In this document: positions 39,327 through 47,034 of the stretch, one piece after another
Layout: the number at the start of each line of letters is the position of its first letter
Numbering within the stretch: the stretch's first letter is position 1
Source of the DNA: Candidatus Latescibacterota bacterium
GTDB lineage: Bacteria > Latescibacterota > UBA2968
Length of the DNA stretch: 64,000 nt
Direction: 5' to 3'
Assembly: GCA_965222605.1 (NCBI GenBank)
Contig: OZ244960.1
Location: forward strand, 2,208,001-2,272,000
The notes under the pieces: generated by a model
The model's input: the letters and a program-made list of their open reading frames with translations, nothing else
Told to the model about the DNA's origin: nothing
The model's database searches: none
Position numbers and translations under genes: made by a program

Positions 39327-40859
39327 CTACTCATACTCTATCCAGAGTTGTAAGTCGTAGAGGACGAGAGCGTTACCGCCTGGCGCGTTGTGCGCGATCT
39401 CAATTCGGTTCGAGCCCAATTTCACCTTCTGAGGATTCACGGTATAGATCGCCCAAACATCGGTGAGCTTCGTACAGGTAAGAGGGTTACTATTGAAGGT
39501 GATAGACACGTCGCCGGCATCGGTTAATGCTTCAGCTTGAAGGCACAGAGTTGCCCTGGGCCGGAAGCCGCTGGCCCCAGCACTGCCCAGATCATCCCCG
39601 ACCTCCAGGTAGATCTTCAGGAATTCGCCAGCATTCAAAGTATGCGGATCTTCGGGGGAGAAGACCCTCGGGCGCGTGTAGAAGCAATCGCCATCCTTCA
39701 GCCAGTAGCCGGCATCCATGGCCTGTCGCCCCCGGAAAACGGGGCAATAAACCTTGTTCAAATGGGCGAGCGTATCTGGATCGCCCAGGTCGTGGAGAAT
39801 CTGCCAGCGCGTCAAATTGAAGAGATAGACCGAATCGGCCCTCGCGTTCAAAGCGTTGACAGATCGAGCCCGGTACGCTTCCAGCGAATTGCGCACCACA
39901 GAAAAGGGCGGCGTCACCCCGGAAGCGGCGGAGAGTTCGCACGCGAGGTGCTTGGAAATCTCGGTCAGCTGAGGTAAGGGAGTTTGGACGCGACATTCGT
40001 CCAGGGCCGCCCAGACCTGAACGCCGTACCTGTGACCGAGGGCGACACTCTCGGACCATTCCTGCAGGCGGAAGTATCCGCCTGGAATCCAGATGTCGAT
40101 CAAATCCTCGGCCATCCACTTTTCTATCTGGATACCCATCCCGTTGCAGTACCCGACGGAATCCGGGGTGCGAACAGACAGGAGGATGGGTCGGGCGCGC
40201 TCCGCACCGATTTCATCGGTCATCGCTCTGGTCCTGCGCATCAGATCGGTCATACTCTCGCGCTCGGCATCACTGACCTCCTCCCCCCAGGCGGCGCTCT
40301 TGAACAGGAGCGGATGCCGAAAGAAATCGAACATGAACCCGTCGATATCGTAGCGACGAGCCACGTCTTCCCACAGGCGAAAGGCCTGATCGCGAATTTC
40401 GGCCCGCCCATAATTGACCGATGTCCAGCGACCGTGGGGAGGCGGGTTGTCCTGGGTGCCCACCAACCAATCGGGATGTTCCTGTTTGAGCTTGTTGTTG
40501 GCGATTTTCCACCTCGCATCCTCGTAATCGCCAGCATCGTGGGTGTCGTTCATGCGCATGGCCCAGAAGGCCTCGAAGTTATTCTCGCGACAGAACTCGA
40601 GGTAGATCTGAAGCCCATCGCGGCCCTTATTGTCGAGTTTGATTCCTTCTGGCGGCCACTCCTGTCCGACTGTGGTGCGGTACAAACGGGATAGGTTGAA
40701 CTGATGCACCAGTGAATAGGTACACGTATCGACCCGGGTACCCGCCGCATGCGCGAGGATATTCTCTATGGGCTGCCCGTCGGAGTGAAAGACGATCCGG
40801 CGTTTGCGCCCGGCGGCCTCTTTGCGGAGGGCCTTGATTTGCGTATCTGAGAGTGCCAT
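39327..40859 (-). CDS. GHL10/DUF187-like putative glycoside hydrolase (paralog A)
   Basis: RKRRIVFHSDG, MRMNDTHD, YDIDGFMFDFFRHP, ADSVYLFN. Confidence 0.65.
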   Translation of the reverse strand: MALSDTQIKALRKEAAGRKRRIVFHSDGQPIENILAHAAGTRVDTCTYSLVHQFNLSRLYRTTVGQEWPPEGIKLDNKGRDGLQIYLEFCRENNFEAFWAMRMNDTHDAGDYEDARWKIANNKLKQEHPDWLVGTQDNPPPHGRWTSVNYGRAEIRDQAFRLWEDVARRYDIDGFMFDFFRHPLLFKSAAWGEEVSDAERESMTDLMRRTRAMTDEIGAERARPILLSVRTPDSVGYCNGMGIQIEKWMAEDLIDIWIPGGYFRLQEWSESVALGHRYGVQVWAALDECRVQTPLPQLTEISKHLACELSAASGVTPPFSVVRNSLEAYRARSVNALNARADSVYLFNLTRWQILHDLGDPDTLAHLNKVYCPVFRGRQAMDAGYWLKDGDCFYTRPRVFSPEDPHTLNAGEFLKIYLEVGDDLGSAGASGFRPRATLCLQAEALTDAGDVSITFNSNPLTCTKLTDVWAIYTVNPQKVKLGSNRIEIAHNAPGGNALVLYDLQLWIEYE

Positions 40860-40862
40860 CAG

Positions 40863-41015
40863 TTAAAAACTCATTGTTTGCGGAGGGCCGGGGTCCATCG
40901 ATAACACACGGGCGTCAAAGTTTTTTTTCAAAAGCTGCAGTTTCAGATCCCAGTATTCCGGATTCTGCCACAGGTCGGTGCAGTACCAGAGAATATTTGG
41001 CAGACGGTCTGGCAT
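40863..41015 (-). pseudogene. Internally deleted, in-frame 50-aa remnant of the sulfatase at 54050-55495
   Basis: 40863-40977 matches 54050-54164 (110/115 nt); 40973-41030 matches 55453-55510 (55/58 nt); junction at shared GGTCG. Confidence 0.9.
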
Positions 41016-41026
41016 TGTATTTTCTC

Positions 41027-42343
41027 CTATGAGACAACCTCATCGAGGGCGTTTCCGACAGCTAAAATCAAACCGTCGATGTGATCGTCCTGCGTCGGCA
41101 GACTGATCGCACACATATTCAATCCCTGCCCGCAGAAATAGCCCTGATTGAGCAAAGACAGGAACACTACCATTGCCTTGTCCGACCGGGTCAAATCGCG
41201 ATAATTGTGCAACCGGTCAATGCCAAAGTGGATACTGAACACCGATCCCGTCACAACGACCTGCGCCATAACGCCCCGTTCGGCAAACAAGTCTTCCAGA
41301 CCGGCCTTCAACCGGTTCCCCAGACGGTTCAGATGCGCGTAAGCCTCATCCGTCATAGATTCGAGCGTGGCGATCCCCGCAGCCATCGCCACGGCGTGAC
41401 CGCTGTGGGTGCCACTCTGAAAAACAGGCGAAGACCCACTGGAATTATCCACCAGATCCATAATATCCGCTCGCCCGCCAAAGGCTCCGATTGGAAACCC
41501 ACCGCCGATCATCTTGCCAAAACACGTCAAATCGGGCCTGACCCCCACATGACTCTGCAGACCGCCCTTCGCCTGGCGGAATCCGACAATCTCGTCGAGA
41601 ATCAACAAAATGCCGAGTTCCTCGGTAATCGCGCGTACCCTGCGGATAAAATCGTGCCGAATCGGGATAATACCCGCCTTTGGATCGAGAATCACACACG
41701 CCAGTTCGTCTCGGTGGCGCGACAGAAGCCGCTCGACACTCTCCTCGTCGTTATAAGGCAAAACAATCATATCCTCAAGCGCGTGCAACGCCATACCTCC
41801 CGCGCTGGGAACCGCATTGGGGGCAGAGGCTTCGCCCGCGGATTCCAGCGGCGGAGCAGTGCTGATTTCCACGGCATCATGACTGCCGTGGTAGCCGCCT
41901 TCAAACTTCGCGATCTTCGGCCTGCCACTGAAGCATCTCGCCAGCCGGACGGCGTGCAGTGTGGCTTCGGTCCCGGAATTGACAAAACGGATGCGCTCAA
42001 CCGAAGATACGCGCTCGCACATCATCCGTGCCAACCGGGTCTCGACACCCGTCGCAGCGCCAAGCGCAATACCATCAACCAACTGTCTCTCAACGGCTTC
42101 TATAATCGCAGGATGGTTGTGCCCCAAAACCTGTGCAGTGTGGTGATTCGAGAAATCGACATAAGATCTGCCGTCAACATCTTCGAGCACACATCCCTTT
42201 CCCCGCCGCAGCGTGATCGGATACGGCGCAAAAAAATAGGCGCCCTTGGCGGCGCCGGCATTCACCGATCGACCATCCTCAAACATCTGACGGGACATCG
42301 GCGTTAGCTCGCGGTATCTAACTTCAATCGTCTCTTGGGACAT
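41027..42343 (-). CDS. Class-III aminotransferase, glutamate-1-semialdehyde aminomutase-like
   Basis: DVDGRSYVD, RFVNSGTEAT, KFEGGYHG, DEIVGFR, GKMIGGGFPIGAFGG. Confidence 0.9.
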   Translation of the reverse strand: MSQETIEVRYRELTPMSRQMFEDGRSVNAGAAKGAYFFAPYPITLRRGKGCVLEDVDGRSYVDFSNHHTAQVLGHNHPAIIEAVERQLVDGIALGAATGVETRLARMMCERVSSVERIRFVNSGTEATLHAVRLARCFSGRPKIAKFEGGYHGSHDAVEISTAPPLESAGEASAPNAVPSAGGMALHALEDMIVLPYNDEESVERLLSRHRDELACVILDPKAGIIPIRHDFIRRVRAITEELGILLILDEIVGFRQAKGGLQSHVGVRPDLTCFGKMIGGGFPIGAFGGRADIMDLVDNSSGSSPVFQSGTHSGHAVAMAAGIATLESMTDEAYAHLNRLGNRLKAGLEDLFAERGVMAQVVVTGSVFSIHFGIDRLHNYRDLTRSDKAMVVFLSLLNQGYFCGQGLNMCAISLPTQDDHIDGLILAVGNALDEVVS

Positions 42344-42386
42344 TGCACAATCCTCAAAAAAAGGATTAAAACCTCTCAGCACCCCG

Positions 42387-43136
42387 TTACAGCCTCAACA
42401 GGCGTTTCGCATTTTCTCCAAGCACCAGGCGCTTTTCGCAATCGCCAATCCTCGCGGTAATAATCTTGCCCAGTTGCGTACGCGGATCCATAAGCGGAAC
42501 ATCCGAACCGAAAACCACGCGATCGGCACCCGCTTCGGCCACCAGTCTTTCGATCACACCGGGCTCGCGGAAAGTGGAACACGTCTCGACATAGACATTC
42601 GAAAATCGCTGCGCCGCCCGGATCGACTGACTTCTGTACGGCTCGGAATTGCCCGCATGCGCGATCACAAAATTCGCATTCGGATAGCACCCGGCGATAT
42701 CCTCAACATAAACGGGCCAACACGTTTCTTCCGCACCCGTGTGCGAAATAATCGCCAGGCCGCGGTCATCTGCGAACTGATAGACCGGGTCCCACACGGG
42801 ATCGTTCAACCGCCAACGGGAATAGGGCGGATAGATCTTGATCGCTAAAAATCCGAGCTTGTCGATCGCCCGTTCCAACTCGAATACCATAAATTCGGAC
42901 ATCAGGGGAGAGACATAGGCGAAGCCGATGAACCTCTCCGGATAGCGATTCACAAAAGCCGCGGTCTGGTCGTTGCCAGTCGTGCCGTCTGGATGAAAGA
43001 TATTGAACATACAACTGCGATCAATTCCCGCGGCATCCATCGCGTAGAGAATCTCGTCGGCGTCATCGTTCATCTCAAAAATATCCCATCGGCCGACGTG
43101 CCCGTGAAAATCGATGATTTCCCGACCGTCAATCAT
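42387..43136 (-). CDS. Amidohydrolase family protein (Amidohydro_2)
   Basis: IIDFHGH, IKIYP, SHTG, IAHAG, FGSD metal-site motifs. Confidence 0.88.
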   Translation of the reverse strand: MIDGREIIDFHGHVGRWDIFEMNDDADEILYAMDAAGIDRSCMFNIFHPDGTTGNDQTAAFVNRYPERFIGFAYVSPLMSEFMVFELERAIDKLGFLAIKIYPPYSRWRLNDPVWDPVYQFADDRGLAIISHTGAEETCWPVYVEDIAGCYPNANFVIAHAGNSEPYRSQSIRAAQRFSNVYVETCSTFREPGVIERLVAEAGADRVVFGSDVPLMDPRTQLGKIITARIGDCEKRLVLGENAKRLLRL

Positions 43137-43875
43137 AAAGAACCCGCTCCAGATTCGCAGCACAGATCAACGAGAGATCCCCCTCTGATATCTCCAGATG
43201 ATGGAGCGCGAACAGCATCGGTCCCATTGCATATCGCGGGAAAAACGACCCGTACAGCAGGCGTTCTGCGCCAAACTCCCGAACGAGCTTTTCGATCCCA
43301 CAGATATTCTCATAACGGCTGAGCTCGAGAAACGCGGTGGGCAACACCCGCATCATCGGACGGATCATCATCGAATGCGTATAGTGCGCGCCGACCAACA
43401 CGACAGCCAGGTTCGGATACCCACCCAACGTATCGACGATCTCGGCCGGAGGTGTATCCGCCAGCGAGACCCAAAGGGGAATGCCCTCAGCACTCAGCCA
43501 GGCGAGCAAATCACCGTAAAGCCACGAGACAAATGGCAGACGGCATTCCGCGGTATTGTGCAGCCGAACGCTCGAAACGAGACCATCCCGGTGGAGATCG
43601 CACAACTGCCTCAACGATCCGGAATCGCACCCGGCGACGAACTGAGGAACGAGCGCGTCATTCCGATCCGTCAACGCGGCGAGCGAGTCATTGCCCTGCG
43701 TCGGACTAATCCATTCGCCTTGAACGGAATAGACAAGCGCGCGACCGACCCCGTGGCGCGACATCTCTTCGAGCAATTGACCGGGCGAATCGAATGGGGA
43801 TCGCCGGTCGTGGCGATTGCCGATCCCGACGTTGGCATCGAACACGGAAACGCGAGATCTGAAAGACAAAGACAT
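43129..43875 (-). CDS. Amidohydrolase-fold protein with degenerate metal site
   Basis: FDANV in place of DxHxH, FGAERLLYGSFFP in place of FGSD; overlaps the downstream amidohydrolase. Confidence 0.75.
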   Translation of the reverse strand: MSLSFRSRVSVFDANVGIGNRHDRRSPFDSPGQLLEEMSRHGVGRALVYSVQGEWISPTQGNDSLAALTDRNDALVPQFVAGCDSGSLRQLCDLHRDGLVSSVRLHNTAECRLPFVSWLYGDLLAWLSAEGIPLWVSLADTPPAEIVDTLGGYPNLAVVLVGAHYTHSMMIRPMMRVLPTAFLELSRYENICGIEKLVREFGAERLLYGSFFPRYAMGPMLFALHHLEISEGDLSLICAANLERVLYD

Positions 43876-43881
43876 GTCGGG

Positions 43882-44307
43882 TTAATTCCTCGCTCTCGGG
43901 GTCACCCGCAGCACGCCCTCATCGGCATCTACCACCACGTGGTCTCCCGTAGCGATCATCTCAAACGGATCCTGTTCCAGCTCTGTCATCATCGGAATCT
44001 CATTGACAATACATCCGAGTGCGGCCAGTCCATCCACCTCCACATTGACAAAAGCCGCCGGCGCGTTGCCCTCAAGCTGTGCCAGATTTAAAACCATAGG
44101 CGTACCCGAAGAACCTTTGGTCGAGCGGATAACCAGCACGCGCCCCCCCAGAGAAATCCCCTCCAGGGGATGCCCCACGCCGATCACCTTGCCCGTAATT
44201 GCATCCACCTCGCCCCAAAACGACAGGGTCGTATCAGCCACCAGCGCCTCTCCCTCGGCATATCCCTTGACCACGCCGTGTCCTCTAATATCAATTGTAT
44301 CAGCCAT
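43882..44307 (-). CDS. Aconitase X swivel (small) subunit, DUF126
   Basis: GYAEGEALV...SFWGEVD..TG, HPL.G....GRVLV...KGSS. Confidence 0.9.
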   Translation of the reverse strand: MADTIDIRGHGVVKGYAEGEALVADTTLSFWGEVDAITGKVIGVGHPLEGISLGGRVLVIRSTKGSSGTPMVLNLAQLEGNAPAAFVNVEVDGLAALGCIVNEIPMMTELEQDPFEMIATGDHVVVDADEGVLRVTPRARN

Positions 44308-45550
44308 CTCCAAGCCACCTCCCGGCAACTGCCGCGCGTATGCAGGCGTCCGTCTTGGCAATAATCACTTCCGCCCCCACCATCCCCCGCGCATAGTGCG
44401 CCTGCTTAAAACCGTGAGTCACAATGCGTTTGGCCGGAATCCGCATATTTGTCGGACAGGTATCGCAAAGAATGCGCCCGCCAGCCGCCTCAATAATCTC
44501 CGTATAGCCCATCCTGTCCGCATTGCCCTTGGTGCCCCGCGCCGTATCGATCCACAGGCGCACACCTTCCGCCACCTTTTTCCCCTTCAAAAGAGCGGCA
44601 ATCTTCGACAGTTCATTAATAGACGCATGCGGGCAACCCAGAATTACGGAATCGATATCATCTCCCGTGTGCACCCTCAGTGACTCATAAGTCTCCTTCA
44701 ACGTCTCTGCATCAAAAGTCAGATAATCCTCGGGAACATCCCCATGAAACGCTGCATTTAGAGTGGGTGCTTCTGGCGTAACCCCGGCGATATGGCACAT
44801 CGTAACCCCCCCCGAAGTCGCCAGCGCCGCACACAGTTGCTTGGCCTCGTCCTGAGAGGGTCGTCGTATGCCATTGAACACCGGAATGCCCAGACCCGCT
44901 GCTTTCCCGGTAAAATACCCCAGAGCACCCCAATCGGGCGGATCCTCCAAATCAGTCGTCACCTCTATCCGAAGTGTACCCTTGCGATTCTCATCCAGCA
45001 ACACGCCAAACTCCGGGACCAGACCCAGAAGCGAAGCCGCAATCGCGCTCTCGGTACCGTGCCGCGTAGTCCGCGCACCCAAGATAGAATTGGCATAAAC
45101 CACTGCAGACGACTCTGTCCACGCCAGAATCTCCCCCTTGAGCGGCACATTGCCCACCAGGTACGGAGCGCAGGTAAAAGTGGGGATAAACCCCGCATCC
45201 GCAGCCAGAACCGCCAGATCCTTCTGCATCTGCACCTGTTCGGGATCATTCTCGGGCACATCCACATCGTCCAGAGTCACAAACGCGGCATGCACCGTAC
45301 AGGTACATCCGGGATGCGTCCCATGGGAACATGCCTCCACGAGATCGGCCATGTATTGGTCCATTGTCTCTTTGGACGCCCCCCGCGCCATCAAATTGGG
45401 CACTGGCAACAGGGCGTGTGTATTATCTACTTTAATTAGTCGTTTTGCCCCCATCACCTCACCCCACTCAACCAGCCAGCGCATGCACTTGGCCAGATAG
45501 TCTCCCCGCGACCCATCCAGAACGGCCTGCTGTTCTCCTGTCAGTTCCAT
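44300..45550 (-). CDS. Aconitase X catalytic (large) subunit, DUF521
   Basis: TCAPY, AWTESSAV.YANS.LGART, HIAGVTPEA, GCPH, DTC (three Fe-S Cys candidates). Confidence 0.9.
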   Translation of the reverse strand: MELTGEQQAVLDGSRGDYLAKCMRWLVEWGEVMGAKRLIKVDNTHALLPVPNLMARGASKETMDQYMADLVEACSHGTHPGCTCTVHAAFVTLDDVDVPENDPEQVQMQKDLAVLAADAGFIPTFTCAPYLVGNVPLKGEILAWTESSAVVYANSILGARTTRHGTESAIAASLLGLVPEFGVLLDENRKGTLRIEVTTDLEDPPDWGALGYFTGKAAGLGIPVFNGIRRPSQDEAKQLCAALATSGGVTMCHIAGVTPEAPTLNAAFHGDVPEDYLTFDAETLKETYESLRVHTGDDIDSVILGCPHASINELSKIAALLKGKKVAEGVRLWIDTARGTKGNADRMGYTEIIEAAGGRILCDTCPTNMRIPAKRIVTHGFKQAHYARGMVGAEVIIAKTDACIRAAVAGRWLGDG

Positions 45551-45572
45551 AAAACACTCCTCCTAAATACCC

Positions 45573-46448
45573 TCAATTACCGATCGGATCGATACCCGCC
45601 ACCTCATAATTCCGAAGCCAATCGCGATGGGACCGGGCCACACGCTCCGGATTAACCTGACTTCGAGCGATAAAACCCGGCACATTCTCACGGCCCGTCG
45701 GAAGCCCAATGCGGCTATAGCGAACATCCAGACTCCACCTGACCGAATTTGTCGTATGCGGAGTTGATCGATGCAGAACGCGCTCCATAGTCATCAACAC
45801 ATCACCCACATCTACCTCGCAAGTCACAACCTCAAAATCTGGAAGATCGCTTTCGAAGATCCCTTTGAAGTGAGGCGTTCGATAATTATGTGGCAAGAGA
45901 CCAATCCGATGAGAGCCACGAAGCACCTGCAAACAGCCGTTTTCAGCTGTCGCCTTAACCAGAGGGATCCAGAAATTGACAAATAGCGTCTCTCCCGCAT
46001 CCTCCGGTATGAGATAAGCCAGGTCCTGATGCCACGGCACAACCGTCGCCTCCAGATCTGGCAATTTGGCGCGCAGGTTGGATTGCGGATGAGCAAAAAT
46101 TTCAGGACCAATCAGAGACTCCGTAGCGTCCAGTATAGCGGGATGCGTCCTGAGCTCGAACATCCCGGGCGTCTTATATCTCTTACCCTGAAAATACTTC
46201 CATATCCGCTCTGGCTCCGAACAGGCATTCGACACCAGAGCCAATCGGGTCTCAAAAGGCGCGTCGGGAAACGTATCCCCCGGATTGAGCAGCCCCTCAC
46301 GCACCGCCTCGCTCACCACCTCATCAACCCCGACTACGAGTTCATCAATAAATGGCTGGTACGCTTCTTTTGGAAGCAGATCCCGAACAATCAAAAAACC
46401 ATCGTCGTGGAACTGCGCCACCTGTTGCACGCTCAGTCCATATTTCAT
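45573..46448 (-). CDS. PhyH-family Fe(II)/2OG dioxygenase
   Basis: PWHQD, ENGCLQVLRGSH, VLHRS, RWSLDVRY. Confidence 0.9.
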   Translation of the reverse strand: MKYGLSVQQVAQFHDDGFLIVRDLLPKEAYQPFIDELVVGVDEVVSEAVREGLLNPGDTFPDAPFETRLALVSNACSEPERIWKYFQGKRYKTPGMFELRTHPAILDATESLIGPEIFAHPQSNLRAKLPDLEATVVPWHQDLAYLIPEDAGETLFVNFWIPLVKATAENGCLQVLRGSHRIGLLPHNYRTPHFKGIFESDLPDFEVVTCEVDVGDVLMTMERVLHRSTPHTTNSVRWSLDVRYSRIGLPTGRENVPGFIARSQVNPERVARSHRDWLRNYEVAGIDPIGN

Positions 46449-46477
46449 AGGGAATCCTCCAATCTACGAAAATTTAC

Positions 46478-46912
46478 TCAATCCGCACACTGCGCCCTTG
46501 CCCCTTCGGGAAGGGGCGGGACATCCACCCCCGCCCTGGGTAGCGTCCCTTCCAGTTCCTGATGCGGGTGGGCAACTTCCCCACCCGAATAGCAGTAGAT
46601 CATTTTCAATGGTTCATCGCCGATATTCGTGAGCTGATGGTAAACACCCGGCGGGATGTACACGGCCTGGCCCGATGTCAGAACCTGTCGTTCTTCGCCC
46701 AGACACATTTCTCCCTTACCCTCCAGAATCAGATAAATCTCTTCCTGTTCTTGATTGTGCCACGGCACCTGACCCCCGTTCGGTTCGAAGGTGACATAGC
46801 CCATCGCGAAACTCTCCGCTAAAATGGGAGCGTTGCCGCCCACAAAGGGTTGCGTCCTGCGCCTTGCGGGAAAGACCCGCCCTTCAATATGCTGCAGGTC
46901 CGAAATAATCAT
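46478..46912 (-). CDS. Cupin-domain protein
   Basis: PWHNQEQEEIYLILEG, YIPPGVYH; AAGGAG RBS. Confidence 0.88.
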   Translation of the reverse strand: MIISDLQHIEGRVFPARRRTQPFVGGNAPILAESFAMGYVTFEPNGGQVPWHNQEQEEIYLILEGKGEMCLGEERQVLTSGQAVYIPPGVYHQLTNIGDEPLKMIYCYSGGEVAHPHQELEGTLPRAGVDVPPLPEGARAQCAD

Positions 46913-47034
46913 GCTGATATCTCCTTTACTCAACACTTTGTTTCACGAAGACCGTGATGGTTCCACCGATCCTGCACGGGCTGGTCGTCTCTACTTGATA
47001 TAACTTGTGAAACAGAGTATTTGGCAAAATCTAC

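Noticed and set aside
41027-42343. Calling the GSA-aminomutase-like gene hemL
   Set aside because: Catabolic context, no tetrapyrrole genes nearby and a divergent N-terminus; only the family is supportable
46939-47014. Inverted TGTTTCAC/GTGAAACA pair upstream of the cupin operon as an operator or riboswitch
   Set aside because: Only 8 bp, about 60 nt apart, with no recognisable riboswitch consensus; insufficient support
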